Shown here one piece after another: positions 25,465 through 38,477 of a DNA stretch of 64,000 bases. This stretch comes from Octopus sinensis (lineage: Eukaryota). Under the pieces are notes generated by a model, which saw only the letters and a list, made by a program, of their open reading frames with translations, made no database searches and was not told the origin of the DNA. A program made the position numbers and the translations under genes. The DNA is taken from positions 100,564,001 to 100,628,000 of the forward strand of contig NC_043006.1 of NCBI RefSeq assembly GCF_006345805.1, written 5' to 3'. The first letter of the stretch is position 1. Each line of letters opens with the position of its first letter.

Positions 25465-25635
25465 TTTGCTTTTTTTAATATTAAATTTCGGCGAAGTTTC
25501 GCTTGTCGTAGCACAAGTTTTCCGTCGATTTCCGTAAAAAACTTTTATTTTTTTACATAAGTAATGAGAGCGAAAGAGACTAAGAGGAAGCGATTTTATG
25601 ACGAGGGAAGTTTGTCTTTGAAGTTACCGTCTAGG

Positions 25636-25851
25636 CAGGGGTGGGCAAACTTTTTTGATCGCGGGCCGCACAGTGCGTCTTTGGAACCTTGGCGGGCCTC
25701 ATTTATAAAAATCAAGTGAAAATATTGTGAATTACCGTACAGTTACGAAGTATCTGCATAGAAGTTGGGATTCATAAAAGCTCTCGGCGGGCCGCATGAA
25801 AACCTATGGCGGGCCGCATGCGGCCCGCGGGCCGTAGTTTGCCCACCCCTG
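25636..25851. mobile_element. hAT/Charlie-type MITE (216 bp)
   Basis: Perfect 15-bp TIR caggggtgggcaaac / gtttgcccacccctg; gtctagg on both flanks (7 of 8 bp, nTCTAGAn-like target); ggcccgcgggccg subterminal motifs. Confidence 0.88.
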
Positions 25852-26776
25852 GTCTAGGGGAAGCATTGATGTACATGTGTGTGTGTGTGTGTGTGTTTGA
25901 TGGGGTGTGGGAGACAGTATGTTGTGTAAGTGAAGTGCTTCTGTTAGTGTGTGTGAAGAGACAGAGAGAGTAATGTGTGAAAGAGAGAGATAACTGAAAT
26001 TTTTTACTCGGTGTATGTGTATATGTATGTCTGCATGTATGTGTGTGTGTGTATGTATCTATGTATGTATGGCCAATTCATCGTAATTACGATTACGATG
26101 AATCGGCTATACATACATACACACACACACATACATACACACACACACATACTTAAACATACATACACACATACATGCAGACATACAGAATGGAAACATT
26201 TTCAATTTAATACATGTGGCTTATTAACTAGTTTTAAATATTGTTATTAGAAGGTGGCTGACTTGTTTACATTTAAGATGTTAAATACGTCACGAAATTG
26301 GTGGTCGAGACGGAGTAAATAAAATAAAGCCGAATGACGGAATATCATTGGTTAAAATTCTAATTATTAAACAACGTTAAACTTAGAAGTTACAATTCCG
26401 TTTTCATTCTGATTTACAATTAAGTTTACTTTTGACACATTCTACCAGTATACGAAGTTTCAAATTGTTTGGTTCAGTAGGAAAAATTTGAAAAAACTGG
26501 CCTCAAAATAGAAAAGATCCTATACTTCTTTTGCATTACATTAAGTCAACACACCAAATATGGTAAAAATCTGAGTAGGCACCATGAACCCCTCTAGAAT
26601 TTTGCATGATTTTGGTCAAAAGTGGTGTTAGATTTCTTCAGTTGGGGGTGACGTTTAAATAAAGAATCTTATAATAAACGTTATTTTTTTCTTTTTATAT
26701 AAAACTGATCATCGACCTTTAATACAGGAAATTGTGTTTACTCTTAAAAGAATCAAGAAGTTATAACCCCAATATG

Positions 26777-26809
<33 letters not shown>

Positions 26810-26812
<3 letters not shown>

Positions 26813-26900
26813 CTGCTCGCTTAGCCAGCGCTAAAACAATGCGAACGCATTGTGACCAGCGATGTGTAACAACATCTGATGGTCTGGTCGGTCACGTGAT

Positions 26901-26906
<6 letters not shown>
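26810..26906 (+). mobile_element. 3' fragment of SINE family C inside (TA)n
   Basis: ggcctgctcgcttagccagc...gctaaaacaatgcgaa.gcattgtgaccagcgatgtg matches 32421-32531. Confidence 0.8.
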
Positions 26907-26955
<49 letters not shown>

Positions 26956-28689
26956 GTAATATTTATAGCTTCCAGCTATATCCTTAACAAATGTTGTTTC
27001 TTGTTTGCTTAGATTTCCAAAAGTTATGATTGGGTAAACCTCCTGCCTTCCAACCATAACCCTTATGCCTTTCATTCACCCGCAATAGGCAAGGTCACTC
27101 TTCTTTTCGTCTAAATAATATATTGTACTTTGAATCCTTTCTCTTATTCCACTTTGTAGAAGCTCGGCTTCTTTGATTTTATGCCACTGAAGTATTGGTA
27201 CAATTGATTTGTTACTCCATTTGACACTGGATGTCTATCACCTTTGAGTCCACCTTGATGGTACAGGAGAGAATTTGAACTCAAAACGCAAAGATCTGGG
27301 ACAGATATAGCAAGACTTTATATAGAGTGCCACGGAATGGAAGGTGTTAAAGTTGATCACGGCGAGATTTGAAATTAGCGTGTAGAGTGCGAGAGTGGGC
27401 AGCGAAAGACTTTCCGGCCGATGTTCTAACAGCTCAGTCACTTCACCAGTTTCCGCACCAATCATTGAATAAGCGATAAAGGCATTCTCGCCATAACATC
27501 TTGGGAATTTTGACAATTGTTGTCTGAAACAACAATATCAATATGTTCGTTTTTAGAGAAAAAGATAAATTGGAAAGGTATATTTCCAGAGAGATTTAGC
27601 AACTGTTTTAGCTCTTTAACTAAGTGTTTAACCTAGATTTCTAGAATTTATCCTTAATTTCTTGTATGATCCCCCACCATTTCTTTCATGGATATGTCTT
27701 TTTCCCATGAAATTAACGTAATGTGTAAAATTCACTTATTTCTAGCAAGAATCAAACTGAGAATGTCAGTTACGACTGGAGAAAATAAACAATACTTGTT
27801 GCAAGAAAGTTTTTAAGTTAACACGCGTGCTATCACACGCTGTTAAATGTAGAAGTGTAAATATACCTTGTTTCTCTAATTTAAGGTTAATTTCGTGTTT
27901 CTCAACTTTATGAAATTGAAAACAGTTGATAGGTGATGACATCATATTTTGATTAAAATCAATTGTACACATATTTATACTTTTTAATATTTTATCGAAA
28001 ATATGAGAAAAATACTTGCGAATTATGTGTGAAATTTGATAAAGCGTATCAATATATTTATTTTCAAATAATACGCTATATGAAATATCAATATCTTTAG
28101 AATTAATTTTAATGATTTCTTTTTAATTTCATTTCCTATTTAATTTTTTTTTCTTCTTACAGAGAGCTGAGTAAATTTTTATCATTTTCAGTAAATTAAT
28201 TTTTATAAATAAAAATATTTCTTATCTATTTTTCTAATTAGAGAAAAAATCTAATTATTCAAGTATATGTAATTTTTCAAACCTCAAACTAAGAGAGTAT
28301 CAAATCATATAGCTTACAGAATTTAATTTCATTTATCTAGATGCTGAGGGTGAATTGCAGCGCCATCGCTGTTGCGTTATGCCTTTTAGGAATTGATTTA
28401 AATAAAAAACAGAAAAAAGTACCTGAAATAAATTTGTGTCTATTCAATCTACTATCATCCGAAAATTGACATTTTACTAGGCCAACGAAATCGTGTAGTG
28501 TGTTTTCGTTTTTTGTTTTTAATTGCATGTATTAATATCGAAGTAAAAATATGGTAGAACCGTTAGAGATCGAACAAAGTCTATAGAAATACTTAGTCAT
28601 AGATCTTAGGGTTCTGACTTCCATACCTGTTAATGTTAGATTTGTATTAATATATCTGAAGTAGACAAAACATTGATTTCAGCAATTTC

Positions 28690-28870
28690 GAGGGAGTGGG
28701 CAAGTCGATTACATCGAACCCAGTACTCAATAGTTACTTATTCTGTCGACCCCGAAAGGCTGGGCAGGGAAATCAACCTTTACAGAATTTGAACACAGAA
28801 TGAGAAGACGGACGAAATACCGCAAATCATTTTGCCCGGCGTGCTAACCATTCTGCTATCACGCCCCCTT
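28690..28870 (-). mobile_element. SINE-B copy (diverged)
   Basis: gtcgattacatcga.cccag, gaatttgaac.cagaa, ttttgcccggcgtgctaac. Confidence 0.8.
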
Positions 28871-29732
28871 AGGAGTAGATGAAATATTAGGATCAATAAA
28901 TTAGTATCAAATACTTGGTTTCATTTAATCAAATATTCCTCCTCTAAAATGAAGTTGTGCTAATATCACATATCAGCAAATATTATTACAGCATTAACTT
29001 CAACAGTACTATAACAGCAACAAAATAAATGAGACTTCAAAAACAGTCTAGTCTTTTTCAGCAACAGCACGTCGTAGTTCTTGTGCACATTAAAGAAATA
29101 CTTTTATACTGCGCCATTTCTAACCATGAACAATGTACAACGAAAACTTCTGAATTCAATACTAATGGATTTGCAATTTATAATGTTCATTCAGATTAAA
29201 GAACACGTCAAGATCTGATCGATTAGATTTATAATCAACGGTATTCAATCGTCAACACCACCTCTTTTATTTTAAAGATAAAGAATCCAGGACTTATTTG
29301 TCAAACATATTCTGCGATTCTGAAGATGGTAGAATGCGATCTATGGCTGAAATTTTCCTGCTATTTATAATTGATAAAGTATATGTTCAAGGGTTTCACT
29401 CAGGCGAATTTTTACCATTATTTCTTCCGATCTCCTCGGTGTCTGAGGAACTGCAAACCCCTTTTGCAACCCCGATTGGAACGGAGCAGTTTCTACACAG
29501 AGAAACATCATATACTGCATCCATAGAGTTCGAATTCGCACAGTCAATATTCTTGGTTCGATGGAATTACAAAGATTGTTTTGTCTAGAATCGATTATAA
29601 GGCGATTGATTAGTAGAGACGTTAGATCAGAGTCGGATGGAATGTCTGTGTGACATTTGTTCCAGTTTGCTGCACTCTGAGATCAGATCCCGCGGAATCT
29701 AACTTCGGCATTCGATAAGTCAATTACTTATT

Positions 29733-29830
29733 CTTCTCTTCTTCTTCTTCTTCTTCTTCTTCTTCTTCTTCTTCTTCTTCTTCTTCTTCTTCTTCTTCTT
29801 TTTCTTCTTCTCTCTCCCTCTCTCTCTCTC
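29733..29830. repeat. (TTC)n and (CT)n microsatellite
   Basis: Direct inspection; source of the poly-Lys ORF. Confidence 0.95.
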
Positions 29831-31257
29831 TGTCACTCTCTTTCTTTCTTGGAAGATATCAGTTGTGTTCATACCTGGAGAAGGAGATTCCTTACCAAGT
29901 TTAAAATCCCGAACTGCATTGTATTTCACGACAGTGAACTGTTGTGGGTACAACATACCATAAACGAACATACCCAATCTCCAAAATGAATTATGTTAGA
30001 AATTATACTCATTTATGTGTGACCACTGTTGTCAACCGTAAGTAAATTTTTTATGTCATAGTAACTGAAACACAACGCTGACAGCACTACACACAGGTGT
30101 ATTGCTTTGCAATTAAATCTGCTCTTAAATCGTTGAAAATCTTGAGATAGAATATTCTGTGGTGCTTGATAAAAAATGCCATTGAGAGTCAGATACCTTT
30201 TTTCATAGACTGCTGGTTCGTTTTTAGCCCAGTTCCAAACCTTGTTGAATACACCTAAATCAAAAGCAATCCCGGAACCATGTTTCGGTTTTCTTCTTCT
30301 CATAGCATACCCAGGACAGTGCTTTTGTAATATTCTTTAAGTGTGTAGGGAGAAGTTTGTAGCTATTTCTGAAACGTGCAACAGCTTAGGGGCTCTCTCT
30401 TTGGCTTGGCTTATGAAAGGGGCGACTTTATATCAACAGCGAATTTCATGCTTAGTCGTCTTGTGCCTTTCGTTATGTATGCGTACATACATAACAGAGT
30501 TATCATAACAAGTGATTTCCTTTTAGAAATTCATCTGTTTGATAATTGCGTTTGTTCTATTTCATTCTATTAAAGAGCTGTTACGTGATTGGTCAATTTC
30601 TAGAGTTTCATTAACCTCCCTGCTGTCTACCAGCGGCATTTCTCATTGGCAACGAATTTATCGTCATCCTTGCCCTTGGTTAATCAAATTAGTAAACCTT
30701 TGTTATTATCTATCCTCACTGTTAATCCTTAGTTTTAACTTTCCTTTAGAATGTTATTGGCCAAAACAAATGATTGATTTCATATTGATTTTTCTATAGA
30801 ATTATTCTACTACAAAATGTCTTATTCTTGTTTCATCATTAAAATGTAACAATCGGTTCCAATGAATGTCGGTTTATATCAGCATAAAGGGAGATAGTAG
30901 GAAATTGATTTATTATCTTTCCATTACCAGTCTCGTAACCCTGTTAATTACGTGACAGCACAAATGAACTGGTCTACATATAGCGATTTCAAGGAAATGT
31001 TTCACCCATGACTGTGACTCGAGGTTCTTTCCACAGCCAAAAGGCTGAAACAGCGAAACGAATAGACCAGTAGAATATAAGATTAGAGTGGAATGGTTTC
31101 TAGGCAATTTCTGCAAACTCACCGTAAAGCTTCAACTCCACTTCGCAGCTAACGAAATATATGTAATTTCGAGGACTGCATAACAAGTTCATCAGTTCTT
31201 CTTTCATCTCCCTTATAGATATTTCAGATTTCAACAATATATGTATATATATATTTG

Positions 31258-31558
31258 ATGGCGCGTGACTTAGCGGTTAGGATATTATTCAGCGCACGGT
31301 TGTGAGGTCGTGCGTTCCACGTACGACGGCGCGTGCAAGACACTTTATTGTTACGCAGCTCCGCTTCTCCACTCAGCAGACAAAAGTGAGTAGAATTTCA
31401 AAGGACCATAATTGTTATATTCTGTTTCACGCTGAATCACTTTGGTAGTAACGCATGTCTGTGGAGTGCTCAGCCACTTACATGTTAATTTCATCAGCAG
31501 GCTGTTCTGATGATCCAATCAGATGAAACATTCGCAATCGTAAACGACGGAGTGTCAG
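31258..31558 (+). mobile_element. SINE family D copy (degraded)
   Basis: ggcgcgtgacttagcggttagg head, gcaagacacttt, tgtctgtggagtgctcagccactt. Confidence 0.65.
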
Positions 31559-31622
31559 CAATGTATGTATTGCGTGCGTTTTACATCGTTGTTTGACGAA
31601 TGGGACTTATCATGTAAAATAT

Positions 31623-32010
31623 TAGTAGCTTGTTTACCAACCACATGCTTCCGGGTTCAGTCCCACTGCGTGGCACCTTGGGCAAGTGTCTTCTTCTATA
31701 GCCTCGGGCCGACCAAAGCCTTGTGAGTGGATTTGGTAGACGGAAACTGAAAGAAGCCTGTCGTATATATGTAAATATATATATATATATGCGTGTGTGT
31801 GTTTGTGTATCTGTGTTTGTCCCCCTAGCATTGCTTGACATCCGATGCTGGTGTGTTTATGTCCCCGTCACTTAGCGGTTCGGTAAAACAGACCGATAGA
31901 ATAAGTACTGGGCTTACAAAGAATAAGTCTCGGGGTCGATTTGCTCGACTAAAGGCGGTGCTCCAGCATGGCCGCAGTCAAATGACTGAAACAAGTAAAA
32001 TGTAAGAGTA
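31623..32010 (+). mobile_element. SINE family A, lacking the first ~20 nt
   Basis: Near-identical to 16271-16693. Confidence 0.9.
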
Positions 32011-32231
32011 ACATGTAATATTACGTAATGTTTGCCTCAGATAAATGAAGTAGTGTAGGACATTTTAAATAATTAGGGAATACTTTGTGTCATTTGTCGT
32101 AAAGTAAGAATACTTAGGTTTTACTTTGTAGTATTAGGACCTTTAAAATTAATTAGAACATTTAATGTAAGATATAATATATGCTTAATCATTATGCGCT
32201 GCCTAGATTTTAGTGTATTATATGCACACAG

Positions 32232-32531
32232 GTGGAGGCACAATGGCCCAGTGGTTAGGGCAGCGGACTCGCGGTCGTAGGATTGCGGTTTCGATTCCCA
32301 GACCGGGCGTTGTGTGTGTTTATTGAGCGAAAATACCTAAAGCTACACGAGGCTCCGGCAGCGGGGTGGCGATCCCTGCTGTACTCTTTCGCCACAACTT
32401 TCTCTCACTATTTCTTCTGTTGGCCTGCTCGCTTAGCTATCGGGGTGGCGTCATTTGAAGGCTAAAACAATGCGAAACGCATTGTGACCAGCAATGTGTA
32501 GCAACATCTGATCGACTTGTTGGTCACGGTG
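32232..32531 (+). mobile_element. tRNA-type SINE family C with 12-bp TSD
   Basis: A-box tggcccagtgg, B-box gtttcgattccc; TSD atatgcacacag at 32220-32231 and 32532-32543. Confidence 0.9.
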
Positions 32532-32546
32532 ATATGCACACAGAAG

Positions 32547-32760
32547 GCAGTAACCTGGCAGAATACTTAGTATGCCTGCCCAAATGCTTTGAAGAATTTC
32601 GTTAGTCTTTAAAATTATGAGTTCAAATCCTGCCATGGTCGACTTTCCCTTTCATCCGTTTGGGTCGAGGAAATACGAACTAGTTTTTCAATGGGGTCAA
32701 TATAATCGATTAGGCTCCTCCACTCAAATTTCAGGTCTTGTGCTTGTAATAAAATGGTTT
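32547..32760 (+). mobile_element. SINE-B copy, old-type tail
   Basis: ctggcagaat..., gagttcaaatcctgcc..ggtcgactttccctttcatcc, tail aaatttcaggtcttgtgc. Confidence 0.75.
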
Positions 32761-33777
32761 ACCTGCATTCATACAGGGAAGGCGCGTGGCCTGGATTTTA
32801 GGACGTTCGGTTCATGATCGCTAAGTCGTGGGTTCGATTGCTGCAGTAGCCGTTGATTTGTGAACTGGAGCAAAACACTTAATTTCAAGATGCCGCAGCC
32901 CCCTCAGTAGATTTCTCTCCGACTATTTGATCCAGTAAAATATTTTGGAATGTTCTATTGAGTGAAGGGAATATCTAAGATTACATAGGCGCCTAAAGCA
33001 ACATTTGAAAGCATGGTATGTATTAACATATACCATGTTCGGAATACAACTTTAAACTGTGTCCGGTAGTGGTGCCCAAGTTTTAGAATTCCATGGATTT
33101 TAGGAATGCAGAATCATTCTTAGCTACAATTGTTCCAAGGTCTAGTCTGATCTGAATTTGTAGCAGCTGTCAGGTTTCCAGTTATGGGTTAAAAGCTATG
33201 TAAACACCTGAGGCACGACACATAGTAGGTGTAATTTATTTCGGTTAATAACTCTTATTGAACAAATGTTTAGAAACATCGATGATGAGTCGATGGACAG
33301 GCAACAAACTGTCAATGGCCACGATCAAACAATTAGGGACGTACTGAATCCGCAGTGTGCGCAGGTGAAATGTATTTCAATTAGCAAAAGACTAATATGT
33401 CAGAAACCAAGTCAGACATCTCTTTGCCGGGACGTCAAACGCGGAAATGTTGCATTGGTCCGGGCAATCCGCCCGAGCTAATAATGATGATATACTGTCA
33501 CGTCAGACTTAATCTCCAGGGATGACGAGTTGTACTTTGCAGATAAATACATAAATATGTGTGTATCTGTATCCATGTCTGTATTTCTGCGTGAGTGCAA
33601 GCGTGTGTGAATTTTTGGGTGTTTATGTTCTCTATTTTACATTGACATATTTTTCATCTGTAAAATCATCAAATGATATGGAAATATTTTGATTTAGGCT
33701 TCATGTAATGACGCTCTCTTAAGACTATTTGAAACTGAGCACCTGTTACTTTAGCTTAGTCACCAGAATTGTGTGTG

Positions 33778-33824
<47 letters not shown>

Positions 33825-33837
33825 TGTGTGTGTGTGT

Positions 33838-34130
33838 GGAGGCGCAATGGCCCAGTGGTTAGGGCAGCGGACTCGCGGTCGTAGGATCGCGGTTTCGATT
33901 CCCAGAGCAGGCGTTGTGAGTGTTTATTGAGCGAAAACACCTAAAGCTCCACGAGGCTCCGGCAGGGTGGTGGTGGCGATCCCTGCTGTTCTCTTTCGCA
34001 TCAACTTTCTCTCACTCTTTCTTCTGTTCGCTTAGCCAGCGGGGTGGCGTCATTTGAAGGCTAAAACAATGCGAAGCACATTGTGACCAGCGATGTGTAG
34101 CAACATCTGATAGCCTGGTCGATCACGGTG

Positions 34131-34132
<2 letters not shown>
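33838..34132 (+). mobile_element. SINE family C, full length
   Basis: Near-identical to 32232-32531; flanked by (TG)n and (TATG)n. Confidence 0.9.
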
Positions 34133-34161
<29 letters not shown>

Positions 34162-34707
34162 TACGAGTGAGTGGACAAACGAAAGTAAAGGGCACCCGAC
34201 ACATTTAGTAGGAATTATACGTATCATTTCAAACAGTTTGATTTGGTTTCCGTGCTACTTCAAGTTAAGCAGGCCTCTAACGGATCCCATACGTTCCAGC
34301 TTCTGGATAGCCAAATGGAGAGGTCAAGGAACTCCGAGATGGCTACTGGAAAATGGGCTACTGTTGATCAAAAGGGGTTACACGATATTATAGTAGATAA
34401 TGTCAACTTATTAGCGACATCAGTCCCTTCAGAAAGGAGAGATTTTCGATGCGCGTGGTTGCCCATCTTCTGATAACCATCTTGGACTTCCTGGAACTCT
34501 CCATTCGGTTATTTTAGAAGCCTGAACGTGTCGGACTCTGCGACACTTGAGGTAGAGCGGAAACCGAATCAGACTCTTACAAATAATGTGTGTGTATATA
34601 TGTATATGTGTGTGTGTGTATGTATGTATGTATATATGTATATTATATTTGAGGTAAGATCAACACCAAGACAGAACGAGTATCTCAAATCATATATATA
34701 TATATAT

Positions 34708-34878
34708 GGCGCAGGAGTGGCTGTGTGGTAAGTAGCTTGCTAACCAACCACATGGTTGCGGATTCAGTCCCACTGCGTGGCACCTTGGGCAAGTGTCTTC
34801 TGCTATAGCCCCGGGCTAACCAATGCCGTGTGAGTGGATTTGGTAGACGGAAACTGAAAGAAGCCTGTCGTATATATG

Positions 34879-34915
<37 letters not shown>

Positions 34916-35126
34916 TTGTGTGTCTGTGTTTGTTCCCCTAGCATTGCTTGATAATCGATGCTGGTGTGTTTACGTCCCCGTCACTTAGCGGTTCGGCAAA
35001 AGAGACCGATAGAATAAGTACTGGGCTTACAAAGAATAAGTCCCGGGGTCGATTTGCTCGACTAAAAGGCGGTGCTCCAGCATGGCCGCAGTCAAATGAC
35101 TGAAACAAGTAAAAGAGTAAAATAGA

Positions 35127-35128
<2 letters not shown>
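34708..35128 (+). mobile_element. SINE family A, full length
   Basis: Near-identical to 16271-16693. Confidence 0.92.
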
Positions 35129-35161
<33 letters not shown>

Positions 35162-35457
35162 ATATATATAAGATATACTTACTTGGAAATGGTTGCGTGG
35201 CGTCCAATTAAATAATAATATAAATAATATACATATCTGTCTCTCTATCTATATATATGTATATAAGGGTACAGGACATCACTAACTGTTCAGACAATAT
35301 TATGTACGAACACAGGCGGGTTAAATACGCAAACAACGAGAGATAAATGGAAAACATGACAAGTAACCCAGAGAACGACCCTTCATCAATGTATCTACTC
35401 CTCATTTTGAACATTCAACGAGAATATGAGTCTTCGAAGAAAGTTCCTCCCATAAAT

Positions 35458-35635
35458 AGGTAAATAGTGAATGCTGGGAGAAGAATATCCCATAAATTCC
35501 AAAATAAATGTTTGGAGTTATGGAAGGTCAAAGTTGGGAACAAAAACAGGACAGTGGAGACATACAAGGAAACAAATATGGAGGGGTGTTAGACCAGAAC
35601 GAGAGGTAAATAGTGAATGCTGGGAGAAGAATATC
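35458..35635. repeat. Perfect 32-bp direct repeat (35458-35489, 35604-35635)
   Basis: aggtaaatagtgaatgctgggagaagaatatc occurs twice, 114 bp apart. Confidence 0.9.
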
Positions 35636-35878
35636 TTCTTTGAAAAGAGAAAAGATAGAAGAGAGAGAGACAGAAACATCCGGTCCTCAGAACATCGTGC
35701 AGCAAAAGAAAGATGATCCCGTGAGGAAAAGAAATATGGACGATGCGCACGTGCGAACAACGAGAGAGAGAAAAAGAGAAGAGGGAGAGTGATATAGGTA
35801 GAAAACGGTGAACGAGAGAGGGAGAGAAAAAGGAAGAGAAAGATGGAGGAAGAAAACACACACATATATATATATATA

Positions 35879-36513
35879 CTAGCAGTATCGCCCGGCGTTG
35901 CTCGGGTTTGTAAGGGAAATAACTATATAAGCATTTTTAGAGAGTTATAGCCAAAAAATAGCAAAAAAAGGATTAAAAATGGAAAAAATATGATGGTAAA
36001 TTTTTTTTTAATCGTTGACTCATCGTAGACATTTTTAGAGAGTTAGTTCCCTTATATAATAGCGAAAAAATGCATTAAAATGGAAAAAAAACGATGGTAA
36101 ATTTTTTTTTAAATCGTAGACTCATGTAGACGCTTTCTTAGCCATTTCTGTTTTGGTGTCTTCAAGCCATGAAGTCGTTGTTCTAAAAGAACACTGGTCT
36201 CCTTGACAACGCATTACGACGTTGATTTCCTTACACTCCCTTCCCCACAGGTGCAGGTGTGAGCGTGGACGCCAACTCCGCCGCCATCGACACACGAAAA
36301 ATTATGCATTAAAATGGAATAAAAAATGATGTTAAATTATTTTTAAATCGTAGACTCATCGTAGACGCGCGCTAATATTCAGACGGGCTCGATATGAATC
36401 ACGACTATAAGCTACCCGAATTTGGTTAAACTGTACCGCAAAATGTGGGAGTAGTTAGGAATCTAAATCGAAGGGGACAGACACTCACACAACTACAGTT
36501 TTATATATATAGA
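35879..36513 (-). mobile_element. Non-autonomous Helitron, second copy, with internal tandem duplications
   Basis: Reverse complement of 20056-20567: A|TC at 36513, cccgagcaacgccggg hairpin, CTAG|T at 35882-35879; ttaaaatgga...gatg.taaatt..ttt.aaatcgt.gactcat block present three times. Confidence 0.85.
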
Positions 36514-36543
36514 TATACATAGCGCAGTAGTGGTGAGATATGA

Positions 36544-36940
36544 CAGCAAAGAAAAGCATACATTCACTCTCTGCATGCAATTAGACTCGGAAAGTTCGTG
36601 AGGAACCCATTGACCCAATTTGCTGACTTTTCCGATAGCACACAGGTGTCAATGAATGGTTGAATGACCAAATCCAAGCTTCTCTGCTAGTTCCTCAACA
36701 GTTACGATGATACTTTGTTCCACCAGGGTTTTCAGGATGTCCTTGTCGAGTTCTACAGATCTTTCAGGATGAGGCTCGTCTTCTAGGCTGTAGTTTATGG
36801 CTCGGGATTTCTGGAACCACCATTGACACTGCCTTACGCTTATTGTCCAATCCCCATATACTGCATTAATATTTCTTGTACTTTGCACACATTTATATTC
36901 TGTTATTCTTTTATATGTTTCAGCCTTGAGGTTGTGGCCA
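36544..36940 (-). mobile_element. Mos1-like mariner transposase N-terminal remnant
   Basis: RNINAVYG...SVRQCQWWFQK...SLEDEPH...VEELAEKL...HSTI, then after a frameshift HLCAIGKVSKLGQWVPHELS. Confidence 0.88.
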
Positions 36941-36949
36941 TGCTGGATC

Positions 36950-37195
36950 ATGTGTGTGTGTGTGTGTGTGTGTCTATATGTCTGTCTGTATGTATATATG
37001 TATATGTATGTGTGTGAACAATAATATTTTCAACAGATGTGTTGCAAATGTATCTGATTGTTCTCAAGCTTCAATACTGTGTGTGTGTGTATGTGTGTGT
37101 GTGTATGTATGTATGTATATGTATGTATGTATGTATGTATATGTATGTATGTATGTGTGTATGTATGTATGTGTGTGTGTATGTATGTGTGTGTA

Positions 37196-37226
<31 letters not shown>

Positions 37227-37245
37227 ATGTATGTATGTATGAGTG
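36950..37245. repeat. (TG)n/(TATG)n microsatellite
   Basis: Direct inspection. Confidence 0.93.
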
Positions 37246-37818
37246 TATGTTTACTTTATTACTAATTACTCTCTTCCAAGAACATTTTCACTCACTCTTA
37301 GCTCTTAGCTTCCCATACATTTTACTCATGTATCTATCAGCGTCATAGACAGAATACTTTCACTTTAGTCTTCCTCAAATCACTGTCGCTATTTACTTTC
37401 ATTTTATTCGTTGCCCACTGTGTGTGTGCGTTTGCGTGTGGTGTAAACCAGACTAAGAAAAGCATTTGACACACACACCAGAATGTGAGTTTTCTGTAAA
37501 TTTTGCTTAATTGGAGTTTAAATTTTAAAAACTGGACCTGGCATGACGCGATGCATTGTACTCTTAAAACTGCTAGGTAAATTGTAATTGAAGAAATCCT
37601 ATATTGTAGATTTGTATAACTCCCAAAGGGAGGCAGATAAAATCTGCCTTTTATAATAAGAGATATATATACATAAATTATTAGAGAGCTATCCACATAG
37701 TGGCAACTCTCTAATAATTTATGTATAAATTTGTATTTTCTCCCTAGTTTTTTGTGTTAAGCCACTCGGTGTTAAATTAATGGTATTATTAAATTGATAT
37801 CAATTTTTCACCCTCATT

Positions 37819-37863
<45 letters not shown>

Positions 37864-38074
37864 GTTTTGGAAGTAGAAAAGTAGATAAAAGCAAGTATTT
37901 TGATCTACAAAATAGAGATTACTAGTTAACTAAGACACAGGGAGTTATATAAAATCGTATCTCCACAGTTGCCTCGGAACAACCATAACATAAGCTGTAG
38001 CCTCGTTCATATGTAATATGCGCATGATGTGGTAGGTTTGTGCGTGTCACGATAATTTCAAATGAAATTATTAA

Positions 38075-38105
38075 GCGCAGGAGTGGCTGTGTGGTAAGTA
38101 GCTTG
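38075..38105 (+). mobile_element. SINE family A head, left part of the copy interrupted by the LINE
   Basis: gcgcaggagtggctgtgtggtaagtagcttg, then SINE homology ends. Confidence 0.8.
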
Positions 38106-38477
38106 TCTAACCTCACTGACAGAAGAGTGACTTTGCTTACCGTACTACGGTTTGGACGCGTTTTCTTCCCGGTAAGAGTTTTGCTGGGTTGTTAATTGTT
38201 GAATTCCTACTACTGAAAATTTGCCTTTAAACGTTGCTGAACTGTCTTGTTCTCCGGTTTTACCGGGAAATAATTGAATAATTTCTTACCGTTGAACTGT
38301 TAGCCATTGTGGCTTTTTATTTACGTGACTATATATAGTCCTGCCAGACTATTTTCGTGCCCCTCCCCCGAATGGGGGTGGGAATTGGAATTTTTGAACT
38401 GCTTTTTTGAACTACTTTCGAAGAAAAACTTTCTATAGGTTTCCCAGTTTTGTGGGAAACCAATATTCGTAATTTTT

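Larger units (their letters stand above)
25132..26520 (+). mobile_element. Non-autonomous DNA transposon with GG-ended TIRs and 8-bp TSD, carrying nested insertions
   Basis: Left ggatcttttctattctgaagccag vs right reverse complement ggatcttttctattttgaggccag; TSD tatacttc at 25124-25131 and 26521-26528. Confidence 0.88.

Noticed and set aside
26955-27260. Minus-strand ~100-codon stretch with one TGA (GDRHPVSNG...YCG*MKGIRVMVG...)
   Set aside because: No recognisable family and weak splice signals; left unannotated.
30013-30330. ~108-codon minus-strand open frame (RRRKPKHGSGIAFDLGVFNKVWNW...)
   Set aside because: No recognisable domain; about one ORF of this length is expected by chance in a window of this size and AT content.
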